Counted from the first letter of the stretch, positions 1-8,883 are shown. The stretch: DNA of 64,000 nt from Dehalococcoidia bacterium (GCA_965220605.1 CBDCQM010000005.1:729565-793564), one strand, 5' to 3'. Notes: generated from the letters alone by a model not told the origin. Numbers and translations: made by a program.

Positions 1-255
1 CCCTTCCTTCACAGCGTTCGGATCACCCAGGATCGCGGCGCCCACCAGGTCCGCCTCCAGGTTGAGCGCCAATCCCAGGATGTCGTTCCCGAAATCAAGC
101 AACTCGTTGGAGCGCACTCCCTGCAGGCCCTGAATGCTGGCGATGCCGTCGCCGACCTGGACCACAGTGCCGACGTCCACCAGGGTCAGGTCGCCGCCGA
201 ATTCTTCGATTTGGCGCTTGATCAGCGATACTATGTCCTGTCCCCTGGTTGCCAT
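1..255 (-). CDS. atpA: F-type ATP synthase alpha subunit, first 85 codons (gene runs off the left edge)
   Basis: Own translation of the minus strand from ATG at 255-253 gives MATRGQDIVSLIKRQIEEFGGDLTLVDVGTVVQVGDGIASIQGLQGVRSNELLDF..., a typical AtpA N-terminus. It lies directly downstream of atpH. It is absent from the ORF track because it has no stop inside the window. Confidence 0.85.
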   Translation of the reverse strand, partial: MATRGQDIVSLIKRQIEEFGGDLTLVDVGTVVQVGDGIASIQGLQGVRSNELLDFGNDILGLALNLEADLVGAAILGDPNAVKEG

Positions 256-388
256 TGCGGGTTCTCCTTGCCCGGTGATTTGGTGCTATTAGCAAATTCG
301 GAGACGACCTGTTCCCTCGCCCCCGACTTGTTATCCCTGTTGCCTTCAGTATGCGGACGGAGGTTTTCCCGCCCTTGATTCACGGGCC

Positions 389-940
389 TTAACGGGAACT
401 GATGATCAACTGCTCCCTCAGTCCATTCAGCCTCGACCGTGCGCTACCGTCCAGCAGACGGTCGCCGATCTGGATGATCAGGCCGCCGAGTATGGCGTCG
501 TCCACGCGGGCGGTCACCACCACTTCCCGGCCGATCAGGTCGGCCACGAAAGCGGTTATGCGCTCCAGCTCGGCCTCCTCAAGCGGCACCGCCGTTGTGA
601 CTTCCACCCTCTGACGCCCCTCCTGGCGGTCCAGCAACTCCGAGAACTCGTTGCAGGCTTCTCCCACCGCGTCGACCAGCCCCCTAGCGACCAGGAGGTT
701 GACCATGTTGCGGACCATCGGATTGACGCCGCCGAGCACCGATTCAACCGCGTGCTGCTTGTCTTCAGCGGATACTCCGGCGTGACTGAGAAGCGCGCAG
801 AAGCCGGCATCGTCAAACGCCTCGGCCACCAGGGCCATATCCTGGCCCCACTGGTCGGCCTCGCCCTGTTCCTGGGCGAGTTCAAAGACCGCCTGACCGT
901 ACCGCCTGCCTGACACCCTCTGTGGCATTGATGCCCTCAC
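389..940 (-). CDS. atpH: F-type ATP synthase delta (OSCP) subunit
   Basis: 183-aa ORF between atpF and atpA. OSCP-like sequence (YGQAVFELA..., C-terminal LGGLIIQIGDRLLDGSARSRL). An alternative start at M5 (928) is possible. Confidence 0.85.
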   Translation of the reverse strand: MRASMPQRVSGRRYGQAVFELAQEQGEADQWGQDMALVAEAFDDAGFCALLSHAGVSAEDKQHAVESVLGGVNPMVRNMVNLLVARGLVDAVGEACNEFSELLDRQEGRQRVEVTTAVPLEEAELERITAFVADLIGREVVVTARVDDAILGGLIIQIGDRLLDGSARSRLNGLREQLIISSR

Positions 941-1010
941 CCTAACCCTCTCCCATGAGGAGAGGGAACTATTAGCAACCCTCCCTCATGGGGAGAAGGG
1001 GAACTATGAG
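941..1010. repeat. REP-like double hairpin (family B: CACCCTAACCCTCTCCC-loop-GGAGAGGG) between atpF and atpH
   Basis: caccctaaccctctcccatgaggagagggaac followed by ccctccctcatggggagaagggg. The same motif recurs more than 12 times in the window. Confidence 0.6.
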
Positions 1011-1013
1011 CCG

Positions 1014-1514
1014 CTAACCCCGGCGCAGGGTTTCGCCTTCTTCCAGCACCTGGGCGATCAGGTCCTCGTGGGCCTGCCGGTCGAGGGAGCGGCGCATAAC
1101 CCTTTCGGCTGCTGTCAGCGCGAGGTCGCTGAAGTTGGCCCGGACTTCCTCGATGGCTGCGTCCCGTTCCCGTTGAATGTCGGACTGGGCCCTTGAGACG
1201 AATGTTTCCGCCTCATTCCGGGCCCTCTCCATTTCCTCGGCGCGGAAGCGTTCTGCCGCCTCCCGGGCCAGGTCCATGATGCGCTGGGCCTCCCGGCGAG
1301 CCTCGACCAGCTGTTCCTCTACCGCCGCCTGGGAAGAGGCGGCCTGTTCGCGCGCGCGCTCCGAGGCTTCCAGGCTTTCCCGAATGCGGTCGGCCCGCTG
1401 GTCCATGAGGCGGAGTATGGGTTTGTACGCAAAAGCGAACAGGATCCCCAGGACCAGCAGGAAATTGACGAGGTAGATCAGCAGGCTTGGGAGGTGAACT
1501 CCCAATGTCTCCAT
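1014..1514 (-). CDS. atpF: F-type ATP synthase subunit b
   Basis: 166 aa with an N-terminal TM helix (LLIYLVNFLLVLGILFAFAY) and a long charged coiled coil. Operon position fits. Confidence 0.85.
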   Translation of the reverse strand: METLGVHLPSLLIYLVNFLLVLGILFAFAYKPILRLMDQRADRIRESLEASERAREQAASSQAAVEEQLVEARREAQRIMDLAREAAERFRAEEMERARNEAETFVSRAQSDIQRERDAAIEEVRANFSDLALTAAERVMRRSLDRQAHEDLIAQVLEEGETLRRG

Positions 1515-1532
1515 AATTCGCTCTCAGCCGTG

Positions 1533-1826
<294 letters not shown>

Positions 1827-1851
1827 TCAAGTATAAGTGTTGCGGAACGAA

Positions 1852-1950
1852 TTAGTCCTGTCGTGAGGCGTAGATAGCGAAAATCCCGCCCAGTGCCGCA
1901 GCGGCAATTCCCAGCGTGCCGATTACCATTCCCAGTACTATGACTTCCAT
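1852..1950 (-). CDS. Candidate 32-aa hydrophobic micro-protein between atpB and atpE
   Basis: Own translation gives MEVIVLGMVIGTLGIAAAALGGIFAIYASRQD*. GAGAGGG lies 7 nt upstream of the ATG. A single predicted TM helix. Below the ORF-track length cut-off. Confidence 0.35.
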   Translation of the reverse strand: MEVIVLGMVIGTLGIAAAALGGIFAIYASRQD

Positions 1951-1990
1951 ACGTTTGCCCTCTCAGAAAATCCCCTCTCTTCCCATTGTT

Positions 1991-2027
1991 CCCTCCCCCT
2001 CAGGGGGAGGGCTAGGGTGGGGGTGAA
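1991..2027. repeat. REP-like hairpin family B (inverted orientation) between atpB and the micro-ORF
   Basis: ccctccccctcagggggagggctagggtgggggtgaa is the reverse complement of the family B consensus. Confidence 0.6.
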
Positions 2028-2045
2028 TTCCGTGATTGAATCTGC

Positions 2046-3119
2046 CTAGTGGTGTTCCTCGTGTCCCTCGTGTTCGTGAGCTGTCATTGCGATGGCCGCG
2101 AACACCAGGGTCAGACCGGCGAAGATCAGTCCCTGGATGAGGCCGACCAGCAACTCCAAGCCATAGACACCCACCGTTGCCACGAATGGGACCAGGAAGG
2201 CCGACATCAGCACCAGGATCTCTCCCGCCGTCATGTTGCCGAACAGGCGGAAGGTGAAGCTGATCAGGCGGACGAATTCGCTGAAAGCCTCCAGCGGCCC
2301 CACGAAGAAGAAGTCCAGCAGGCCCTGAAAGGCATCGAGCATCCTGAACTGGAAGAGAGCGCCCATGCCCGCCGCCAGGCTCCGTACCCGGATGAACTTC
2401 CCGAAGTAGCCGATGCCCAGCATTTTGATGCCCAGGAACTCGACGAAGACAAACGAGATGATCGCCAGCGCCAGCGGCATGTTGATGTCGGTGCCCGCCG
2501 GGCGCAGCAGGTGAATCTCGACCTTCCCATCGGTCATGAACCCAAGCGCGGGATAGAAGGGAAGCAGCCCGATCCAGGCGTTGATGACAACGAAAAGGAA
2601 GATGCTGGCAATCACCGGAAGCAGCATCCGCGAGCGGGCAGGGCCCACGGTACCTTCGACGAAGCGCAGCAGGCCCTCGATGACGATTTCGCAGAAGTTC
2701 TGGAAGCGGCCTGGCACCATGCTGGCGCGACGCGCGCCGAGGACGAAAATCAGCACCAGGATGACGCTGGCAATCCAGCACGAAAGCAGGGTGTTGGTGA
2801 TGATGAAGTTGGTGCCCAGGAAGGGGCCTTCCTCGTACACCTCTTTCTCGTGCTCGTCCAGTCCCTCCTCGCCGTACTTGTGCTTTGTGTGCTCAGCGTG
2901 GAGGAAATCGAGATAGTGGTCGCGGGAGCCACCGGGAGCGACCACCTGTGGAGGAAGGTGTACTGCGGGCTTGCTGACGAAAGGACCTTCGGCGGTCTCT
3001 CCGGCTGCTTTGGCCGCCGGGTCCTGTACCAAGCCTGCGCCAATGGCTCCGGTGATGAGCCCGGCAATGAACAAAGCGGCGATGACCAGAAGGCCGCCTA
3101 GCAGCAGACCCTTGCTCAC
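2046..3119 (-). CDS. atpB: F-type ATP synthase subunit a with an N-terminal extension of about 110 aa and a His-rich tail
   Basis: 357 aa. The C-terminal two thirds are a typical a-subunit (…RLFGNMTAGEIL…). An extra N-terminal TM helix plus a hydrophilic segment precedes it. Ends in HEHEGHEEHH. GTG start overlaps the atpZ stop (GTGA). Confidence 0.9.
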   Translation of the reverse strand: MSKGLLLGGLLVIAALFIAGLITGAIGAGLVQDPAAKAAGETAEGPFVSKPAVHLPPQVVAPGGSRDHYLDFLHAEHTKHKYGEEGLDEHEKEVYEEGPFLGTNFIITNTLLSCWIASVILVLIFVLGARRASMVPGRFQNFCEIVIEGLLRFVEGTVGPARSRMLLPVIASIFLFVVINAWIGLLPFYPALGFMTDGKVEIHLLRPAGTDINMPLALAIISFVFVEFLGIKMLGIGYFGKFIRVRSLAAGMGALFQFRMLDAFQGLLDFFFVGPLEAFSEFVRLISFTFRLFGNMTAGEILVLMSAFLVPFVATVGVYGLELLVGLIQGLIFAGLTLVFAAIAMTAHEHEGHEEHH

Positions 3120-3376
3120 CGGGAAATATCTCCGTCGGAATCGGATTTTCCGGTTGTGGAACTGTTGTTAAACAGGGGAAGCACCATCTTGTAGAGACCG
3201 TAAAATGCCGCCACCGTACCGATTAGGACTCCCAACAGGGTGAAGAGTGGCGTGAGGCCGGAAAGCCGGTCCAGCCAGATTCCGCCAACTGCGCCGACGA
3301 CGATGCACATGGCCACATACCAGCCCAGCCCCAAGAGTCGCAGCGCGATGAGCCGTCGATCCATACAACCGCTCAA
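3116..3376 (-). CDS. AtpZ/AtpI-family small membrane protein
   Basis: 86 aa with two TM helices (LLGLGWYVAMCIVVGAVGGIWL, LFTLLGVLIGTVAAFYGLY). First gene of the atp operon. Confidence 0.7.
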   Translation of the reverse strand: MSGCMDRRLIALRLLGLGWYVAMCIVVGAVGGIWLDRLSGLTPLFTLLGVLIGTVAAFYGLYKMVLPLFNNSSTTGKSDSDGDISR

Positions 3377-3624
3377 ACGGCTGGGATGGTATCACCAGCC
3401 GTGGGATATGTCAATCCGATTTCCGTAATCGGCGACTCTCCAGTCCAACCCGGACGAGCCGGTCCGGCAACCTGACAATCCTCGACAGTCGCACCGGCCG
3501 GACTTCCGCGCAGCCCCTGCGATTGCAGAAACGCGAGCGGCCCCGGCGGGAAGCGTCGGGGCCGATGGTTCTTCTGATTCACGCTGGCACTGCCGGTTCT
3601 TGGGGTGCCCCGTTCCAGGCTCAA

Positions 3625-4173
3625 CTACCTGTTTCCGAAATCCTCGAGGTCGAGAGAATCAATGAAGTCGGTGAAGGCGGACATGCCCTCCAGTTCCTCC
3701 TCCTTGACCTCACCCCGTGGCTCGGCGGGCGCCGGTTCCACTTCTTCAGCCTGCCCTGCAGGGCGACCTTCCTTGTCCAGCTGAATGCCTGCCTTGTCCA
3801 GCACCGACTCGTTGGCGAATATGGGCACTTTTGCCCGCACCGCCAACGCGACGGCGTCGCTGGGCCGGCAGTCTATGTCCTCGCTTTGTCCGTTTACGTC
3901 AATGGTGATGGTGGCGAAGAAGGTATCGTTCTGCAGGTCATTCACCAGTATGTGGCGGATGGACCCGCCAAGCTTGTCGATGACTTCCCGGAGAAGGTCG
4001 TGGGTCAGAGGGCGGGGAACACTCAGGTCCTGGAGCTTCACCGCGATCGCGTCCGCCTCTGCGGGGCCAATCCAGATGGGAAGGTAGCGGTCGGAGTCAT
4101 TCTCCCTGAGAATGACCACCCTCTGGTAATTCATCGGACTCACGCGGATGCTGTCAACAGTCATCTGTTTCAT
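3625..4173 (-). CDS. Bifunctional nuclease family protein (DUF151/BFN)
   Basis: MKQMTVDSIRV...RVVILRE...YLPIWIGPAEADAIA...PRPLTHDLL is a DUF151 signature. GGAGG lies 9 nt before the ATG at 4173. The track ORF extends to 4245. Confidence 0.75.
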   Translation of the reverse strand: MKQMTVDSIRVSPMNYQRVVILRENDSDRYLPIWIGPAEADAIAVKLQDLSVPRPLTHDLLREVIDKLGGSIRHILVNDLQNDTFFATITIDVNGQSEDIDCRPSDAVALAVRAKVPIFANESVLDKAGIQLDKEGRPAGQAEEVEPAPAEPRGEVKEEELEGMSAFTDFIDSLDLEDFGNR

Positions 4174-4263
4174 TACCGTCGCCTCCGAATAAGTCCAAGT
4201 CCAAGATGGGAGAAAATTGTATTCCGGTGCCAAATTCCATGTCAACCCGAACCGACGCCGCGG

Positions 4264-4426
4264 CAGAGCTATCGCATATGAATTGCAACCCCGTCACTCC
4301 GGCGAAAGCCGGAGTCCAGAATGTGCGGGATGCCGGATTTTTGGATGCTAACTGCCTGGTTCGGCCACTGGATTCCGGCTTTCGCCGGAATGACGGACAT
4401 TACCCCGCTCCTATGCGATTGCCCTG
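4264..4426. mobile_element. MITE, B-ended family (CAGRGCWATCGCAT ends, twin hairpin core)
   Basis: cagagctatcgcatatg...gtcactccggcgaaagccggagtccag...ctggattccggctttcgccggaatgac...tatgcgattgccctg. Flanked by a short direct repeat, (g)ccgcgg. Confidence 0.7.
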
Positions 4427-4624
4427 CCGCGGCGGCAGGGCCGCCGGGGCTGTCCTGAGCCCTCCACCGGGGCAAGGAGGAGGGGCAACAGTGATACCGT
4501 TGCCCCTTGATGGCGTTGGCCTTTGGGTTGTTCCGGCGGATGTGGCGCTGCGGGAACTGCCGGATTTGCCGGCTCTGCGCCAAGGTCCTCCCCTTTTGCA
4601 GAGGGGCACGAGCGTCCCGGCTTC

Positions 4625-5071
4625 CTAGTGCACAGGCTCCGGCTCGCTGAAGTACTGCGAGGTCAGAGTGGCCGTGGCCGGACCTGAAAGCACGTCGATT
4701 CCGCGGCGCACTGCAGCAGTGACGTTGGTGAGTTCCTGCTCCAGAGTCCGCAGGCTGCGGAGCGCATAGGCGTCAGCCTCGGACCGGCTGCTGTTGGCCT
4801 GGTTCTCGGCCTGCTCCACCATTCTCCGGGAGCGGTCTTCGGCGTCGCGAAGGATGTTCATGGCCCGCTGTTCCGCCTGGAGCAGCAAGTCGTGCTTGTC
4901 CAGCCGCTCCCGGTAGTCTTCCTCGGCCTGGGCCTTGGTGCGGCGGGCGTCGGTCTGGGCCAGGCTGATGATGTGGTCCTTCTGCGCCAGCACTTCTTCG
5001 GCCGCCCGTATTTCCTTGGGCACGGACAGTCGAAGCTGGTCGACCAGTTCCATGGCCTTGGTCCGGTCCAC
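4625..5071 (-). CDS. Coiled-coil protein of unknown function; the true start may lie upstream at a non-canonical codon
   Basis: 148-aa charged heptad-rich ORF from GTG at 5071. The frame stays open upstream to 5169 and encodes (I)DIINVIDKLETLIDTSKAARAGGHILV after GGGAGAGGGGG. Confidence 0.5.
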   Translation of the reverse strand: MDRTKAMELVDQLRLSVPKEIRAAEEVLAQKDHIISLAQTDARRTKAQAEEDYRERLDKHDLLLQAEQRAMNILRDAEDRSRRMVEQAENQANSSRSEADAYALRSLRTLEQELTNVTAAVRRGIDVLSGPATATLTSQYFSEPEPVH

Positions 5072-5173
5072 CAGGATGTGGCCGCCCGCGCGGGCTGCCT
5101 TGCTGGTGTCTATCAGGGTCTCCAGCTTGTCGATAACGTTAATGATATCTATGATAACCCCCTCTCCCGGTCA

Positions 5174-5665
5174 CTACCCTTCGACCGGATTTCCAAATTT
5201 CGAATACAGCGCTTCCGCCACATTGGGAGGAACCATCTCCCTGATGTCTCCGCCTAGCCTGGCAACCTCCTTCAAAAGACTGGCGCTCACAAAGACAAAG
5301 TCCTGTGAGGTCATAAAGCAGACCAGGTCCACTTCGGGCTCCAGTTTGCTGTTCATGAAGGCCATCTCGAATTCGTACTCAAAGTCGTAACCGCTGCGCA
5401 GGCCCCGGACGATTACCCCCGCGCCTATCTCTCTCGCGAAGCGGACCGTCAGTCCCGAGTACTTGACCACTCTCACGTTCGACAGATGCGAACTTGCGTC
5501 TTCAAACAGCGCGACCCTCTCATCGGTGTCGAACAGCAGACTCTTCGATGGAGTGTCGTAAACTGCAACGACAACCTCGTCGAACAGCCGCGAAGCTCGC
5601 GCCGCGATGTCCAGGTGCCCCACGGTGACCGGGTCGAAGCTACCCGGGTAGAGTGCAGTCACCAT
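5174..5665 (-). CDS. coaD: Phosphopantetheine adenylyltransferase
   Basis: MVTALYPGSFDPVTVGHLDI... is the canonical CoaD N-terminus (T/HxGH motif). 163 aa. Confidence 0.9.
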   Translation of the reverse strand: MVTALYPGSFDPVTVGHLDIAARASRLFDEVVVAVYDTPSKSLLFDTDERVALFEDASSHLSNVRVVKYSGLTVRFAREIGAGVIVRGLRSGYDFEYEFEMAFMNSKLEPEVDLVCFMTSQDFVFVSASLLKEVARLGGDIREMVPPNVAEALYSKFGNPVEG

Positions 5666-5713
5666 GCCGGTTCAGCCATCCGTCCGTGTTTTTGAGTGTA
5701 TTTCACTGTCTTC

Positions 5714-6277
5714 CTAGTTCCGGTCGTCAGGTTCATTCCGGTAGAAGGACACCGCGTTGTCGCCATACTGGCGGAATACGACCCGCCGCAGGGTTCCGTA
5801 TGCCGCCCTGAGCTCCGTTTGCCTCGAATGCCCCGCGACCACCATTCCGTCGGCGGTCAGCAGGCGCTGCCGGCCGCCGATTGCCTCCATAACCTGGTGG
5901 AAGGCGCCCATGCGATACGGGGGGTCCAGCATGACCAGACCGTAGCCCCCGGGTAGCGCCGGGAGCGCCCTTGCAGCGTCGGCCTGCCGTACCTCGGCAA
6001 TGTCCCCGAAGCCGGTACTTACCAGATTGTCGCGCACTACCCCGGCCTGTCTCCGGTCTTTCTCAACGAAGTCGGCCCAGGCTGCGCCACGGCTCAGAGC
6101 TTCGATTCCGAGGCTGCCGGTCCCCGCGAAGAGGTCCAGCACGCGCCGGTCGAAGTACTGCTCTTCTTCCAGAATGTTAAAGATCGCCGCCCTTACGCGT
6201 TCGGTGGTGGGGCGAACGCCCGCTGTCGCCGCGCCCTTCAGGCGCCTGCCGCGGGCCTCCCCGCCGCCTATCCGCAT
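5714..6277 (-). CDS. rsmD: 16S rRNA (guanine966-N2)-methyltransferase RsmD-like
   Basis: RPTTERVRAAIFNIL, LDLFAGTGSLGIEALSRGA and the DPPY motif are present. The rsmD-coaD gene order is classical. Confidence 0.85.
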   Translation of the reverse strand: MRIGGGEARGRRLKGAATAGVRPTTERVRAAIFNILEEEQYFDRRVLDLFAGTGSLGIEALSRGAAWADFVEKDRRQAGVVRDNLVSTGFGDIAEVRQADAARALPALPGGYGLVMLDPPYRMGAFHQVMEAIGGRQRLLTADGMVVAGHSRQTELRAAYGTLRRVVFRQYGDNAVSFYRNEPDDRN

Positions 6278-6452
6278 TGCTGGGGCACCAGGAAATTATA
6301 CAAGCTGACCTTTCCTCATCATATATAAACAGATACAAATTTTATCAAGTTTAAGAAATTTCCTAGAAGTAGGCGAGAAAATTGCCAGCCAGGCCAGGAG
6401 CGGACGGGCATCAAACGACAACGAAATTGCTCCGTCCTCACGGCGATTCAAG

Positions 6453-6481
6453 TTGACGCTCACAGGGTGCTGTGCTAACAT
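6453..6481 (+). promoter_or_regulatory. Sigma70-like promoter candidate TTGACG-17 nt-TAACAT upstream of ribF
   Basis: ttgacg at 6453-6458 and taacat at 6476-6481, exactly 17 nt apart. It sits at the edge of an AT-rich divergent intergenic region and would give a leader of about 150 nt. Confidence 0.35.
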
Positions 6482-6633
6482 CCGGCGCACGGTGCGGGAC
6501 GATTCCGAGTAAGGCCATGGACGCCCCGGACGTACTCCGGTTCAATGCAACTGCCGCAAATTCCCGGCCTCTGGCGCCGTCTCACCTGTCGGAAGCTGGG
6601 CAAGCCGGGACGATTTGGGGGATCTCAAAATCA

Positions 6634-7557
6634 ATGACCTTACGCCAGAGCTTGGCCGGCTTTGCCCCTGACAGGGACACGGTAATCACCGTGGGCGTTT
6701 TCGACGGTGTGCACCTCGGCCACCGTCATCTGCTTGAATACCTGATAGACTGGGCCGGTTCCAACTGTTCCCCCACCGTCCTCACCTTTTCCAACCGCCC
6801 GGTGACCGTTTTCCGGCCCGGCACCTTCCCCAGCTACCTTACCACACCCGACCATAAGGTTGCCCTCCTCAGGGAAGCCGGAGTCGAGGGTGTCGTTCCC
6901 CTCGAATTTACCCAGGAGCTTTCCCAGGTTTCCGCCCGCGAGTTCGCCGAGTATCTTTCCGGTCCGGTGCGCATGAAGGGCCTGGTTCTGGGGCCGGACT
7001 CTGCCCTCGGCAAGGGGCGGGAAGGGGACCTGGACTACATGAAGCAGGAAGGGGAGCGCCTGGGTTTCTGGGTCCGGTCGGTCCCTCCCCTCGAAGTCAA
7101 CGGCCAGCCGGTGAAGAGCCGGGTCATTCGCGAGGCTCTCGTAGCCGGGGACGTTGCCGGCGGCAGTGCGCTGCTGGGCCGCAACCACACCCTGAGCGGC
7201 AAGGTCGTGGTCGGTGACCAGCGCGGTCGCACCCTGGGCTTTCCCACAGCCAATATCGACGTCTACCCCGGCCTCCTCTGGCCGGGAGACGGAATCTACG
7301 CGACCTGGGCCCATTTCGGAGGCGAGCGACACGTCTCGGCTACTTCCATTGGCGTAAGGCCAACCTTCGGTCTCACCCAGAGACTCGTGGAAGTCTACGT
7401 GATGGACTTCAGCGGCGACCTCTACGGCCAGCAACTTACTGTCGAATTCGTCCAGAAAGTGCGCAACCAGGAGACCTTCGCCGACATTGACACCCTGATC
7501 GAGCGGATTGGCCAGGACGTTTCGGAGTCCCGGACGGTGTTGGCCAGGACCGGTTAG
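6634..7557 (+). CDS. ribF: Bifunctional riboflavin kinase / FAD synthetase
   Basis: ITVGVFDGVHLGHRHLL, ...GFPTANI... and PTFG motifs. Start moved to ATG 6634; the track ORF begins at 6472. Confidence 0.9.
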   Translation: MTLRQSLAGFAPDRDTVITVGVFDGVHLGHRHLLEYLIDWAGSNCSPTVLTFSNRPVTVFRPGTFPSYLTTPDHKVALLREAGVEGVVPLEFTQELSQVSAREFAEYLSGPVRMKGLVLGPDSALGKGREGDLDYMKQEGERLGFWVRSVPPLEVNGQPVKSRVIREALVAGDVAGGSALLGRNHTLSGKVVVGDQRGRTLGFPTANIDVYPGLLWPGDGIYATWAHFGGERHVSATSIGVRPTFGLTQRLVEVYVMDFSGDLYGQQLTVEFVQKVRNQETFADIDTLIERIGQDVSESRTVLARTG

Positions 7558-7581
7558 AGCCGACTGGAAAAAGGAGAGGAA

Positions 7582-8883
7582 TTGCTGGACCCCGAAACTC
7601 TGAACACCATCGTGAACCGGGGCGTGAGCGACATCATCTCCCGCGAAGAGTTCACGCGGCTCCTCCAACTGGGCCGCCCTTTGCGCCTCAAGATGGGATT
7701 CGACCCCAGTCGGCCCGATATCCACCTCGGTCACGTAGTCGGCCTCCGCAAACTGCGCCAGTTGCAGGACCTTGGCCACCAGGTGATCCTCATCGTCGGA
7801 GACTGGACTGCCCAGATCGGCGACCCCAGCGGGCAATCGGCCACCCGCCCCATGCTCACCCACGAGCAGGTGATGGAGAACGCCCAGTCTTACCTCAGGC
7901 AGTTCTTCAAGGTGGTGGACGAGGACCGCACCCAGGTGGTCCAGCAAAGCGAATGGTTCGGAAAGTTCACCCTGGCCGACGTCATCGGCCTGACCGGCCG
8001 CTTTACCGTGGCCCAGTTCCTGCAGCGTGCCGACTTCGCCCAGCGCTACGCCGAGCAGAGGCCCATTGCCATCACCGAACTGCTCTACCCGCTGCTCCAG
8101 GCCTACGATTCCGTAGTCATCGAATCGGACGTGGAATTCGGCGGCACGGACCAGATGTTCAACCTGCTCGTCGGGCGCGAGCTACAGGGAATGATGGGCC
8201 AGACTCCGCAGCAGTGCTTCATGATGCCCATTCTCGTCGGCACCGACGGTGTCCAGAAGATGAGCAAGAGCTTGGACAACTATGTCGCCGTGGACGAGCC
8301 TCCCGAGGACATGTATGGCAAGATAATGTCCATCGACGACACCCAGATTGCCCGGTACTTCGAGCTGCTGACCGACCTGCCGTCGGCTGCACTCTCAGAC
8401 CTGGAGCGCGACCTGGAACAGGACTCGGTCAACCCAATGGATCACAAGAAGCGGCTGGCGTGGGACATCACTCGCCAGTTCCACGACTCGGCTGCGGCTG
8501 ACGCTGCCCAGGCCCGCTTCGAGCGCGTGGTGCAGGGACGCAGCCTGCCTGACGAGATGCCGGAGATTTCGATAAAGCAGTTGAAGGAACGGCTACCTCA
8601 GCCTGATGATAATGCTGGTGTGAGCAGCAACCTCACCTTAATGGCGACTAGAGACGGAGGCAGTGTAGATACTTTTGGCGCCCGGTGTGACCTACTGCTA
8701 GTGGCTACTGGCATGGCTGCTAGCAATGCTGAGGCTAGACGGTTAATTTCTCAGGGTGCGGTCGAGCTAATACGTCAATCTGGGGAGATCGAACGTTGGA
8801 GTGATCCCCGGGCTAATGTAAATGTGAGCATCGGTGATGCGTTACGCGCGGGCCGCCGCCGATTCGTCCGAATTGTCGAGTAG
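7582..8883 (+). CDS. tyrS: Tyrosyl-tRNA synthetase
   Basis: HIGH-type motif (PDIHLGH), KMSKS motif and a C-terminal S4-like domain (EARRLISQGAV). TTG start. Confidence 0.9.
   Translation: MLDPETLNTIVNRGVSDIISREEFTRLLQLGRPLRLKMGFDPSRPDIHLGHVVGLRKLRQLQDLGHQVILIVGDWTAQIGDPSGQSATRPMLTHEQVMENAQSYLRQFFKVVDEDRTQVVQQSEWFGKFTLADVIGLTGRFTVAQFLQRADFAQRYAEQRPIAITELLYPLLQAYDSVVIESDVEFGGTDQMFNLLVGRELQGMMGQTPQQCFMMPILVGTDGVQKMSKSLDNYVAVDEPPEDMYGKIMSIDDTQIARYFELLTDLPSAALSDLERDLEQDSVNPMDHKKRLAWDITRQFHDSAAADAAQARFERVVQGRSLPDEMPEISIKQLKERLPQPDDNAGVSSNLTLMATRDGGSVDTFGARCDLLLVATGMAASNAEARRLISQGAVELIRQSGEIERWSDPRANVNVSIGDALRAGRRRFVRIVE

Noticed and set aside
95-295. 66-aa minus-strand ORF at the left edge
   Set aside because: It is an alternative frame inside the atpA N-terminal coding region. 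The atpA frame has a clear family signature.
6482-6633. FMN riboswitch upstream of ribF
   Set aside because: I could not find the conserved FMN-element core sequences by eye, and ribF is not a typical FMN-riboswitch target. This needs an Rfam scan to be definitive.
6640-7947. 435-aa minus-strand ORF, with similar long antisense ORFs at 2049-3101, 15779-16708, 19073-20032, 23045-24376, 26518-27459, 32389-33618, 34859-36811, 40067-41158, 48808-49740 and 50545-51882
   Set aside because: Each lies antisense to a gene with clear family signatures. They are Arg/Gly/Ala/His-rich low-information translations typical of shadow ORFs in GC-rich DNA.
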